NCBI RefSeq assembly: GCF_006345805.1
Contig: NC_042997.1
Coordinates: 40,920,001 to 40,984,000, forward strand
From: Octopus sinensis
Lineage: Eukaryota
Reading direction: 5' to 3'
DNA length: 64,000 bases
The translations under genes were made by a program, and so were the position numbers. Position 1 is the stretch's first letter. Every line of letters starts with the position of its first letter. The notes under the pieces are model-generated. The model was not told where the DNA came from and searched no databases. It saw only the letters and a list, made by a program, of their open reading frames with translations. This document shows, piece after piece, positions 26,346-38,707 of this stretch.

Positions 26346-26636
26346 GTTTTCTCCAGTGGTGGCCACTAGTTGGCATTTATTTTTCCACAAACCTTCAGTG
26401 TGTCTATGCACATACACATGCATGCACACACACACACAATCATGCACGCGTACATATATATATTAGTAGCAGATAGCATTTTCCCACAAGTCCCCCACCT
26501 GTTATTCTCTCCTGTTACACTAGGAAATTTATGAAAGTATAGTGACTTCTTAGATCTTTTCGAAGCATCCATATGTCAAATGCATGCTACAGAGGAAAAA
26601 GCCTTTGTATAGTTTCCCATAACTTAGTTAGGAATA

Positions 26637-26667
<31 letters not shown>

Positions 26668-26674
26668 TATATAA

Positions 26675-26980
26675 ATCAAATCAAAAATTGAAATCGATCA
26701 ACATCAATGGAAATTGCAGCTGTGATACCAGTGCCGGTGGTACATAAGAGAACCATCCGAACGTGGCCGTTGCCAGCATCGACTTGACTGGCCTCGTGCC
26801 GGTGGCACGTAAAAGCACCCACTACACTCACGGAGTGGTTGGCGTTAGGAAGGGCATCCAGCCATAGAAACATTGCCAGATCAGACTGGGCCTGGTGCAG
26901 CCTTCTGGCTTCCAGACCCCAGTTGAACCATCCAACCCATGCTAGCATGGAAAGCGGACGCTAAACAATGATGATGATGA
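26675..26980 (+). mobile_element. RTE 3' UTR fragment
   Basis: gatcaacatcaatggaaattgcagctgtgatacc...gctagcatggaaagcggacgctaaac. Confidence 0.9.
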
Positions 26981-27590
26981 TATATATATATATATATATA
27001 TATACTCAACCAAGTCGGTTTTCTTTCTCTTTGGTCAGTGGATGTTTACTGAAAGGGCCTCTAACTTTATAATTTCAACAACACAAACCTTACTCTCTCT
27101 ACCTACCCTTATTTTGTTAGCCTGTCCTTCTCTAGTAGTCACTCACAGATGAAGATAACTACCATAGACGATGGACCATAATGGCTAATGACCAGTGTAT
27201 ACAACCACCATAATAATCATATAAATAAAATGACCATCCAAACTAAAAATTAATATTGTCCTTCACTCATTTATTCGACTCATTGCAAAACCTGACCGTT
27301 GTAATTGGTGAGTTCGTTCTTATGATTGGTGACCAAAACATGCACACACATATACATACAAATACACACATACATACCATACATACATGACATACAGCCA
27401 TGCACACACACATACATATACACATGCATACACACTCATACATATATACAAACATACATGCATATGTATGTCATTGTTCAGTTTTATTTCAAGATTTCTT
27501 GCCAATAAAGAAAGAACCGGTTTCTAACTTAGATCTAAGGCTCCTTCATTGGAATTTCAACATCAACAACAGGGTATGTATGTGTCTATG

Positions 27591-27622
<32 letters not shown>

Positions 27623-27711
27623 CATGCATGTATGTATGCATGAATGTATGTATGCATGTGTATGTATGCGTGTATGTATGTATCTATGTATGTATGTTAT
27701 GCATGTATATG

Positions 27712-30700
27712 TCAGGTCACTTTAGAGTGCTACTGGTAACATGTAGCCCAGTACAACCTGTTGCATGGTAGGGTCGTCGGCGACTATACCGGCAACCCCA
27801 CCAAGCTTGCTTGGTGAGGAGGATGTTTATTGGACACCTTGTGGGATGAAAAACAAAACCCATCAAAGGGCGGAGGAACTCTTGAGAGTCAACAGCCTTC
27901 CAATAAATGCCTTAAGGCTGTATCATGCACGGGGACATAGAAATAATCGGACTAAATACCCGATCATGCGGTTAAACCATTGGGAGTGAAGGACTCCTAG
28001 ACTTTGTTAGGGCATCCTTCTAGGAGAAGGTAACTCAAGTAACTGGGATAACTCCAACATAAAACCTGCGGCTCAGTGGTTACCGATGATGTTGACTTGT
28101 TCTTCTTTATGTATTATGGCTGATGTTGCTTAGTGAGTGGGATTGACTCAGTGCACAGCCTTTCCTCACTTTAAAAAAAATCTTCTTGCACAGGCATTGC
28201 AAGTTGAAAGAGTCTGGCCCGGCAGGGGCTCCAGAGCATCACAGTCTGAACCCGGCCGTCATCATGCTACTGTGATAGAACCAAAGAAAATATTGAATAT
28301 TGGCTGTTGGAATGTACGGACACTGCTTGACCGCAAGTCCTCTGAATGTCCTGAAAGAAGGACTGCGCTTGTTGCGAAGGAGCTTCAATGCTATGATCTT
28401 GACATCGTTGCTTTATCTGAGACGAGATTACCTGGAGATGGTCATCTTACAGAATCTTGTGGAAAATATACATTCTTTTGGAAAGGGAGGAATGAAGAGT
28501 TTAGAGAAGCTGGAGTGGCATTTGCTGTTAAGACTACTCTTGTGGACAAGTTGGAAGAATTCCCAGTCAGAATTAATGAGCGTCTTATGTCCATGAGAAT
28601 TCCTTTGGTTAAAGGAAATTATCTGACCTTGATGAGTGTGTATGCGCCAACTATGTGCTATACTGATGACGAAAAACTTTCTCTCTACCATGCTTTGAAG
28701 TGTATTATAAGAAATATCCCTCGGGCAGACAAAGTCATCGTGCTGGGTGACTTTAATGCTAGAGTGGGCTGGGATTTTAACACATGGACTGTAATTGGAA
28801 AGCATGGGGTGGGGAAGTGTAATAGTAATGGCATGCTTTTGCTGCAGATGTGTGAGGAGCTGCGTCTGTGTGTTACCAATACCATGTTTCAACAAAAGAA
28901 TAAGTTTAAGATGCATCCTGCATCTAAAGAATGGCATATTCTGGATTACATCCTTGTTAGGGTGCATGACAGACAGGATGTGCAGTGTGTTCGTGTTCTT
29001 CGTGGAGCTGAGTGTTGGACTGACCACTGCCTAGTACGTGCAAAAGTGAAATTAGTCACAAAACATAAAATCCGAGCTGCAGGGATTACCCTGCCTAAAA
29101 GACTGAATGTTGATTGTCTTAGGTGTAATAGTGTGAAGAGAACTTTACGAGAGGAAATGAATGCTGCAGATATTGGGAAGGATTGATCGACAGCTTAAAA
29201 AGTCAGTTTATGATATAGGCACGAAAGTTCTGGGATTGATACAAAGAAAGCATCAAGATTGGTTTAAAGAAAATGATGAACATATAGATGATTTATTGGT
29301 TGACAAAAGACGTACTTTGTCACGCTATTTGTCAGCAAAGCCACAGGAAAGGGAAGTATTGCATAGGGAACTCAAAGACGTAAAATCACATGTGTGGCAA
29401 AGGCTCTCTCAGATGTTTGGTAAGATATGGACTAGTGAATCTGTACCTGAGGACTGGAGAGATACAGTAATGGTGGCCTTGCATAAGGGAAAGGGCAACA
29501 GGAATGATTGTGGTAATTATAGGTGAGTATCATTGCTGTTTGTCGTAGGAAAGGTTTTATGCAGGGTACTTCTGGATCGTCTGCTGAAATACGTTGCAGA
29601 TTGTGTTCTTCCAGAAAGTCAATCTGGCTTTCATGTGGGACGTGGCAGTGCTGATATGATCTTTTCAGCTAGACAGCTTCAGGAGAAGTGTGTGGATTTG
29701 TATCAGGTTTTTGTCGATCTGACAAAAGCCTTTGATACTGTCAATAGAAAAGGATTGTGGAGAGTCCTCAAGATAATTTGGGTGTCCTGAAAAGTTCCTT
29801 GCTTTGGTTAGGTCTTTTCATGAAGACATGAATGGAAAGGTGAATGCTAAAGGGAAAATGTCGGAGCCCATTTCAATACAAAATGGAGTGAAACAGGGGG
29901 ATATTTTGGCACCGACCCTATTTGCCATATATTTTGTGATGGTGTTCTGTATTGCATTCAGAAACTGCAGATACGGTGTTTACATCCATTATCGTACCTC
30001 TGGCAGCATATTTAATATCAGGCGCTTTGCTGCAAAAACAAAGGATTTACCTCTATCATAAGAGACCCTTTGTATGCAGATGATTGTGATCTAGTAGTGC
30101 ACACAGATTGATATGCAACACATTTTGAATGCATTCTCTGATGCTTGTAGTGCCTTAGGATTGACAGTCAATCTCAAGAAAACAGTTGTCATGTACCAAC
30201 CTGCCCCTGGTAAGCAGTATAGTGTACCAAATATCTATGTGTATGGTAAACGACTTGATGTACTTGATCAGTTTATCTACGTGGGAAGCACTATTAATAG
30301 ATATAGCAATTTGGATGATGAAATTCCATATAGGTTTAGGAAAGCAAGTGTTGCTTTCGAAAGGCTAGAAAAGCGCCTCTGGAGTCGGCGAGACATATGC
30401 AGAAAGACAAAGATAAAGGTGTACAAGGCATGTGTGCTCCCTTCTCTTCTCTATGCTGGTGAGACATGGGTCACATATCAATACCACTTTAAACAACTGG
30501 AACGTTTCCATCAGATGTGTCTCAGACGGATCTATGGCATTAAGGAGGAGGACCGCATCAGTGATCTTGAAATATTGGAAGGCTCTCAGTGTGAAAGTAT
30601 AGAAGCTCTTGTGTTAAAGCAAAGGCTCAAATGGAGTGGTCGTCTGGTCAGGATGAAGGATTCAAGGATGCCAAAACAACTCTTTTATGGAGAGTTAGCT

Positions 30701-31320
30701 AAAGGAGAACGACCTGCACATAAACCAAAAAAGAGGTATAAGGACTTGCTGAAGGCTTCCTTAAGAGATGCTTGCATCTCTCCTGACACATGAGAAGGCA
30801 TAGCTATTGATTGTAGCAGTTGGAGAAGGATTGTGCATGAGGGGACAGCCACTTTTGAGAAATCTCAAGTTGCACATGAGAAAGTAAGGTGAGATATCAG
30901 GAAGGGCATCACTGTTACACTTCCAGATGGGAAGGGTCTTCCTATGATGCTGACATGCAGTGTCTGTGCAAGACCCTGCCTCAGTAAAGCTGGACTCAAG
31001 AGTCATCTTCATAGTCATAAAACGAGACAGATGAGTGACAACCTGGCCACTGGTGGTGGTGTAACACACCATACTAATCATATCTGCCGGGCATGTGGAA
31101 AAGAGTGTAATTGGGCAGAGGGGCTTAAACAACATGCAAAGGTACATGAAGCCCAGTTGCAACTACAGCTGGCTATTACAGGTAAAGGTTTTAGTTGCCA
31201 ATTCTGTTCAAGACATTGTAGATCTTTAGCTGGGCTAAAACGTCACATTCGATCACAGCACCAATAACAGTTAAGCTTCGTGCAATGGCCACACTCGAAA
31301 ACGACGGGGCAGCCATCATG
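27712..31320 (+). mobile_element. Near full-length RTE/BovB-type LINE: 5' UTR, APE, RT, three C-terminal C2H2 fingers; decayed
   Basis: APE motifs GCWNVRTL, LSETR, VYAPT, GDFNA, WTDH; RT motifs DLTKAFD, QGDILAP, YADD, YVGS; ends gcagccatcat; flanked by (TATG)n on both sides; stops, frameshifts and an internal deletion before GKIWTSE. Confidence 0.95.
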
Positions 31321-31599
31321 TATGCGTGTATGTATGCATATGTGTTTGTATGCATGTGTATGTATGTATGTATATATATATGTATGTATGTGTGTATGTA
31401 TGTACATATACAAGTACGTTTGTATGTATGTAAGTTTTGTTCCTGTTCCTCTTCAGCAAGTTCAAGCCGGTTGCTAATGAAGCGACAAGAGTTTTTGAGT
31501 TAAAAGAGTTCCCAGCGTTTGTAAATGTGTGGTTGAGTTGGAGTGCAGGTTGAACTTCTGATGCCCAGACTCAAGCATGTGCATCTATTCACCTAAAGA

Positions 31600-31790
31600 A
31601 TCTCAGATGGTAAATCTTTAGAATGTCTTACAAAATCTTCACTGTGCCACGCAGAGATCGGATTTTGGAGGTCTCTTTTGATCTTTCTTCGGAAAAGCCT
31701 AACATTTCCAGGTGGTTGTGTAAGTGTGTAAGCACATAGCCTAATGCACCTATGATTATAGGTACAAACGAGAATTTATAGTCAGGGTAG
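31600..31790 (-). mobile_element. C-terminal fragment of an RLE-type non-LTR element
   Basis: Minus strand reads KFSFVPIIIGALGYV...LRGTVKI. Confidence 0.55.
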
Positions 31791-31814
31791 AAGCGGTGAA
31801 GAAGATGTTTTTTA

Positions 31815-33360
31815 AAGTCCTACAGCGTGATGGTCAGATTAGAGGTATACCAGATTGCCAGACAGTGTGTCAGAGAAAAGCAGGATATTGTAGAAGAGAA
31901 CTGTGAGTGGATGGATAATGGTATGCTTGCACTCAGTGATGTGGACAAGAGAGAAGCGTGGAAAAGTTACTATGCCAGACTGTTGAATGTAGAGAACGAA
32001 TGGGATAAAGGGAGTTTCCGTCATGTGATCCCAACAGATGGACCGGCTATCCTAGTGGACAGCGGTCTGATGGAAAAGGCAATTAAAAACAAGAAAACAT
32101 GGGAAAGCCCCAGGTGCATCTAGAATCACAACAGAGATGCTCAAAATATCCGGTAAGGCAGGTTATGGGCTTGTCCCCTACATAATTAATTAAGTTATTG
32201 AGGAAGGTGTAATACCCAGTGACTGGCTTTGCAGCATCATTGTTAGCTACTATAAGGATAGATAGAAGCAATTACAGAGGCATCAACCCCTGGACCAGGT
32301 GAAGAAAATTACATAGAGAGTTATGGCCCAGAATTTGGCTTGACCAAATGCAGTTCAGCTTTGTCCAACGAAGAAGCACTTCTGATGCTATTTTCATAAT
32401 CAGGCAATTTCAAGTGAAGAATAAAACATTATAATTGGCATTTGTTAATCTAGAGGAATCTTTTGATAGAGTTTACCGCTGTGTGATACAGTGGGCTCTG
32501 AGGAGGATAGGGATAGACGAGTGACTGGTGAAAGCTGTACAGACTGTGCACAAAGACACCACGAGTACGGCAAAGAATTAGGTGTAGAGGTAGGAGTTCA
32601 TCAAGGCTCAGTCCTTAGTCCCCTCCTTTTCATCATTGTCCTCTAGGCCACCTAGGTAGGTAGCCATGTTCAATTTGTAGTAAAAGTGTAAGGGGGAACT
32701 CTCTGTGGTGTGTCCAATGAAAGCTATGGTCACACAAGAAGTACAGTAGGTTAATTGGAAGGTTTCCGTATATAGAAGATGCGCAGGGTCCATCAAAACT
32801 TTAGCGACCTGGGAAATTGAGATTCTCAAATGCCCTGGTGGCACCTTAGTGTTATTAGATAATCTCTGAGACCTACGGGGCCAAATTAGTAATAGGGGAG
32901 GATGCACAGAAAGTGTAATAGCTAGAATAAGAATAGGATGAAGGAAATTCAGAGAGCTCTATTGGCCATGAAAGGTTTCTCTGTTTCAAAGAAAGATTGT
33001 ATGATGCATCTATACAGACAACAATTATACATGATTGTGAGATGTGGGCCCTGAATGAAAAGGACATGTGAAGGTTAGAGAGGAATGAGGCTAGTATGCT
33101 CTGCCAGGTGTGTAATGTAAGCGTACATTTTCTACAGAGTGCCAGTATTCTGAGAGAGAAGTTAGGCATAAGAGGAATTGGCTGCTGTGTGCAACAGAAG
33201 ACTGTGCTGGTATGGTTATGTGATGCGGGTCGATGCCGACAGCTCTATAAAGAAGTGCATTTCTCTCAAAGTGGATGGAGGACCCAGGAAGACATAGAAT
33301 GAAGTGCTGAAGAACGACCTCAGGATGCTGAACCTTTCAGGTGAGATGACAAAGGACCAC
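31815..33360 (+). mobile_element. Heavily decayed RTE-clade LINE segment
   Basis: KREAWKSYYARLLNVENEWDK, VEVGVHQGSVLSPLLFII and LERNEASML.CQVCNV in broken frames. Confidence 0.8.
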
Positions 33361-34169
33361 GACACCTGGCATTGGCCTCAGTCAAAAGCCTACTACCTTG
33401 TAACAGAAGTTTTAAGACCAATCCTTTTGGTTGTATGCAACAATCGCTGGGGTACTATGTGAAAGCGCTCACATGGTACCACTTAAAAGTGCCCCGTGTC
33501 ATGATATGTAAAAGTGCCCATGAAACAATACGTAAAAGCACTTATGCAGTGCCACGTAAAAGCATCATTTCATGTAAAGCGCTCATGTGTTGTCAGGTAA
33601 AGAGCCTTATGGCATTACATAAAAGCACCATTGTGGTGTCACCTAAAAGAGCCTATGTGGTGTCAGGTAAAAGCATTCAGCAAAGTCTGCAAAGTGTTAG
33701 GAAGGGCATCCAGTCATAGAAACCAAGCCAAATCCGACTGGAGCCTGGAGCAGCCCACTTCCAGCTTGCGATCTCTGGTCACACCTCCAATGATTGCCAA
33801 CATGGACAACTGACATTAAAGGATGTTCATAATGTTGATTCAATAGGTAGAAAACCAACCCCAATACCAATCCACTGAACTCTTTAGAGAGCTTTCGCAC
33901 AAAATAGGCCAACAGCAGCAGCAAAACATTCAGCTGAGATCAGATAATCCCATTTCTCAGATTACAAAATGTTGGGAAACACAAAGACAACGACAGCTGA
34001 GTCATCATGACTATAGAGAGCATTGGTTACAAAGACAAAAACAACAACTGCAGCAACAAGCATAGAAAGAAGAACAGCAACAACAATAAAGAGATCAGGG
34101 TTAGAGGAGAAAACCAGGACAGTGAAAATTACAACAAAGACAACAGGAGCTGTCGGAATCCATCCACAT

Positions 34170-34380
34170 CACATGACCAAACCAGCACAGTCACCTCCTT
34201 TGCACACAGCAACAAATTCCCTTTTCTGCCTAACTTCTCTCTCAGAACACTGGCACTCTGTCGAATAAGTACACTCACATTACACATCCAGTGGAGCAGA
34301 CTAACCTCATTCTTTTCTAACCTTCTTATGTCCTCTGCATTCAGGGCTCACGTCTCACTACCGTGTGGAGTAATTATCTC
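34170..34380 (-). mobile_element. RTE ORF C-terminal fragment
   Basis: Reverse complement of the LERNEVSLLHWMCNVSV...LREKLG segment. Confidence 0.7.
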
Positions 34381-35070
34381 TCTCTGAGGTACACAAGTGC
34401 TAGGGACATAAAAAAGCACCCAGTAAACTCTGCAAATGTTATTGCATTAAGAAGGACATCAAGTCATAGAAATCCCACCAAAGCAGATACTGAAGTGCAA
34501 TGCAGTCCTTGCAGCCAATGGATCCTATCAAACTGTCCAACCCAGCCTGGAGAAAGGATGCTACATAACGATGATGACAAGAAGATCATGGTGATATATA
34601 ACCAAGGGAGTTAGAAGCTGATGCACAAACACACATCACTAATTGCACAGCTACCCATAGCAGAAACAACTGTAAGCCAATGAAGTTGATTTAGTAATTA
34701 GTGTTCCTTTACCTTTACTTCTATTAATTCCTTATATTAATTCATATATATATATATATAATTATTATTTCAGGGAATAAAATCCCAACTTACTAGGAAA
34801 AAGAATTCAATTTAGAAATACTAAATCAAATTCCACACAATATAATATATATATAAAATATTAGAAAAAAACCCACCTTTAACAATTCAAAATAAATAAT
34901 TAAATTACACCATCTAGAAAATTACATATAATAGAAAAGTTAAAATTAAATTAACAACGGCGGTGCATCAGCATGGCCACAGCTCTGAGATGAAACTAGA
35001 AAAATAAAAAATTTTTAAGGGAAGATTAAGTAAATTACAAAAATAATATAATGTATATAATAGGTAGAAA

Positions 35071-35161
35071 AACGACACGTGTTTCACTGCTATATTTATT
35101 TAAGAAATGATTATAGTAGTAGAGAAATAACTTGTATATAAATATAGTCGCTCATCAGGTT
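35071..35161 (-). ncRNA. Type I hammerhead ribozyme candidate (GUC site)
   Basis: AAC-CUGAUGA-GCGACUAUAUUUAU...AUAAAUAUAGCAGU-GAAA-CACGUG-UC-GUU; core intact, palindromic stem III, 3-bp stem I. Confidence 0.65.
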
Positions 35162-35214
35162 AAAAATATAATAGAACAGCAAAATAATTAATTAATAAAT
35201 ATACTTTAATATAT

Positions 35215-35257
<43 letters not shown>

Positions 35258-35577
35258 GAAAATTCTAAATATACATAATTGAAAAATAAAATAATACTTC
35301 AATAATTAAATACTTTAAAATTAAATAAAATACTCAAAGCTATTACAAGTCATTAAATTGTAATCAAAATAAGAAATGTTTCAAATATAGATAAACTCCT
35401 TACATAAGCTAACCATATAATAAATATACATGTGTAGTATCTATAGATTTCATATTACAAACTATAACAAAATAGACTAAATATCAAATAATATAATACC
35501 TAATTAACTTCAATTTAGTATTACAAATACATAATCCACCTATATATCAATAAATAATATAATATATTATAATATAT

Positions 35578-37148
35578 ATCATCGTTTAACGTCCGTTCTC
35601 CATGCTAGCATGGGTTGGACGGTTCGACCGGGGATCTTGGAAGCCAGAAGGCTGCACCAGGCTCCAGTCTTATCTGGCAGTGTTTCTACAGCTGGATGCC
35701 CTTCCTAACACCAACCACTCCGTGAGTGTAGTGGGTGCTTTTTACGTGCCACCTGCACAGGTGCCAGGCGAGGCTGGCAATGGCCACGGTCGGATTGGTG
35801 CATTTTACGTGCCACCGGCACGGAAGCCAGTCGAGGTGGCACTGGCATCGGCCACGATTCAGATAGTGCTTTTTACGTACCACCAGTCCAGGGGTCCTGG
35901 CATCTGCCGGGTGCCAGTCATAGGATTGGTTCAATTTCGATTCCCATTTCGATTTCACTTGCCCCAACAGGTCTTCGCAAGCATGGGTGCCTGTCATCGG
36001 ATGAGGTTCGATATCGACTTTGCTTGCCTCAACAGGTCTTTGTGTGTCCAAGGGAGGAAGGGCATGCATAAGTGGGCTGGACTCACTTGTCCTGCCTGGT
36101 CTTCTCACGCACAGCATATTTCCAAAGGTCTCGGTCACTGGTCATTTCCTCAGTGAGGGCTAAAGTTCAAAGGTCGTGCTTCACCACCTCGTCCCAGGTT
36201 TTCCTGGGTCTACCTCTTCCACGGGTTCCCTCAACTGCTAGGGATTGGCACTTTTGCACACACCTATCCTCATCCATTCTCGCCACATGACCATACCAGC
36301 GCAATCGTCTCTCTTGCACACCACAACTGATGCTTCTTAGGTCCAACATTTCTCTCAAGGTACTAACGCTCTGTCGAGTATGCACACTGACATTACACAT
36401 CCATCGGAGCATACTGGCTTCATTCCTTGCGACCTTACGCATGTCCTCAGCAGTCACGGCCCATGTTTCACTGCCATATAGCATGGCTGTTCGTACACAT
36501 GCATCATACAGTCTGCCTTTTACTCCGAGCGAGAGGCCTTTAGTCACCAGCAGAGGTAAGAGCTCCCTGAACTTTGCCCATGCTATTCTTACTCTAGTAG
36601 TTACACTTTCAGCGCACCCACCCCCACTACTGACTTGGTCACCTAGATAACGGAAGCTATCAACTACTTCTAGTTTTTCCCCCTGGAAAGTGGCGGAAGT
36701 TGTTTTCTGCAGATTTTCAGAGTTTATTGCTCCTGAGCATCTTCCACATACAAAAACTATCTTCCCAGTTAGCCTTCCTTTGACATTGCTGCACCTCTTA
36801 TGTGTCCATAGCTTACACTGGGTACATCTTATAGAGTTTCTACCTACACCTTTTCTACAGATTGAGCAGGGCCATCTTCCTGAAGACATTTGTGGTTTGT
36901 CTACCTTCCTACTTATTAGTACTTTGGTTTTAGCTAGGTTGATTCTAAGGCTCCTCGATTCTAATCCCTCCTTCCACACCTGGAACTTCTCCTCCAGTTC
37001 TGATAGTGACTCAGCAATTAGAGCAAGATCGTCAGCATAGAGGAGCTCCCAGGGGCAACCTGTCTTGAATTCCTCCGTAATTGCCTGGAGGCCTATGATA
37101 AATAGGAGGGGGCTGAGGACTGAACCCTGGTGGACCCCTACCTCTACT
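35578..37148 (-). mobile_element. 5'-truncated RTE-clade LINE, open RT half with inserted PHD finger
   Basis: ORF 37148-36167: QGSVLSP, YADD, C4HC3 finger, YLGD, RGRPRKTW; the N-terminus of the called ORF is unrelated AT-rich flank; 3' UTR ends in a (GAT)n tail. Confidence 0.95.
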
Positions 37149-38035
37149 TTATATATATATATATATAATAGCGAGAATAATATGTTAATGGAAAGTAAGA
37201 AACCTATCAACCCCAAATTAAAGAAAGGTGCTAAAATATTCAAACCAAAGAACAATACACTATGAAGATGTAGAATCACAATCACCAGTCCTCTACCAAA
37301 CCAGTCAATTACATTAACAATAATAAAAACGATCAAAGTCAAAATAATAGCAAGAACTAAATTACTAAATTGATAAGCAAACTAAATTACTAAGTTCAAC
37401 GATTCTGATTTTAAAAAGATCAGCATCTAATTAATCAACTCAATCGATTTCATTCATGAAAATACAATCAAAACTTTGAAAAAGTACAAATACACTCAAA
37501 TCCATTATATACACTCGTTATATTAATATCCATGTATAAAATCTATAGATTTAATATATCACACGATAAAAAGTTAAACAAACATTATATTAAAATAAAA
37601 ACTAGTTTATTTAAAGAAAGTACTATTTAATGAAAATATTATCTAATTATAATAAGAAATAAAGTCTAACCATTATAAATTCTCAAATTAAATGGTATGT
37701 AAAACATAAAATCTTTTATAACAATTAAACATCGGACGTAAAAAATACTATCAAGAAACTATAAATAAATAAAAATATTACATTATTCATTTTGAATTGT
37801 CAAAAGGTGGGTTTTTTTCTAATAGTTTACATATATATATATATATATATAATAATAAATATTAGGGAATAAATCCAAATTTACAGGGAAAAATCAGATT
37901 TAGGATTGAATCCAATTTTATAGTAAAATATTATATTATATTAATTAGAGACAAAACCACTATTATGCAAATCAAACAAAGAAAGACTTAAGCCAATACA
38001 TAAAAAATTTTATATAAATTAAATATAATTAAAAT

Positions 38036-38089
38036 AACCACTACGATCGTTTCGTGTCAGCACTTCTATGAGACATTCTTCAGGTGGTT
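38036..38089 (-). ncRNA. Same hammerhead candidate in the opposite polarity (left arm of the palindrome)
   Basis: Reverse complement of 38131-38184. Confidence 0.72.
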
Positions 38090-38130
38090 TCAAAACCTTT
38101 AAAGTTTAAAACTTGCAAAGAAGGTTTTGA

Positions 38131-38184
38131 AACCACCTGAAGAATGTCTCATAGAAGTGCTGACACGAAACGATCGTAGTGGTT
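38131..38184 (+). ncRNA. Type I minimal hammerhead ribozyme candidate (GUA site)
   Basis: AACCAC-CUGAAGA-AUGUC[UCAUAGAAGUGCU]GACAC-GAAA-CGAUCG-UA-GUGGUU; 6-bp stem I, 4-bp stem II with an A.C mismatch at 10.1-11.1, palindromic stem III. Confidence 0.72.
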
Positions 38185-38277
38185 ATTTTAATTATATTTA
38201 ATTTATATAAAATTTTTATGTATTGGCTTAAGTCTTTCTTTCTTTGATTTGCATAATAGTGGTTTTGTCTCTAATTA

Positions 38278-38316
<39 letters not shown>

Positions 38317-38389
38317 TAGCAGAGACACCTACCTAGTATTGCTTGGGATTAAAATGGTATAGATTTTTATTGTTTTATATGTTTTAGTC

Positions 38390-38570
38390 ACATGACTCCA
38401 GCCATGCTGGAGCACCACCTTAAAGTTGAAGAAATCAACTCCAGGATTTATTCTTTGTAAGCCTAGTACTTAGTCTATCAGTGTACTTTGACAAATAGCT
38501 AAGTTATGGGGATATAAGCACAGTAAAATCAGTTGTCAATCAATGGTAGGGGTAGAAACACAGACACACA
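38390..38570 (-). mobile_element. SINE 3' half with CR1-like tail
   Basis: cagccatgctggagcaccacc...agtac...tgac aa...aaccgatgt-like body; reverse complement of the 8800-8960 type. Confidence 0.6.
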
Positions 38571-38707
38571 CACATATGCATATATATATAACAATAATTT
38601 AAATCCCTTTCTGTGTGTGTAAAAGATTATAACGGCCGTATTTTTCAACTGATTTTCTCCAAACTGTGAACATATATTACTTATGTTCCAGGTGTGGTGT
38701 CAGACTC

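Larger units (their letters stand above)
37933..38286. repeat. Near-perfect 354-bp palindrome (about 166-bp arms, 21-nt loop) between (TA)n tracts
   Basis: 37933-38099 is the reverse complement of 38121-38286 with about one substitution and one indel seen by eye. Confidence 0.97.

Noticed and set aside
35700-35900. Regularly spaced tttacgtgccacc/gcacgtaaaaagcacc repeats resembling a CRISPR array (also at 16330-16430, 33480-33680, 41860-42010, 43880-44040 and 54700-54860)
   Set aside because: These are internal sub-repeats of the RTE 3' UTR present in every copy; eukaryotic context, spacers similar to one another, no cas genes.
37149-37342. Hydrophobic N-terminus of ORF 36167-37342 suggesting a membrane-anchored RT fusion (similarly 45250-45295)
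   Set aside because: Read-through from AT-rich flank and (TA)n into a 5'-truncated LINE; the alternative start codon is arbitrary.
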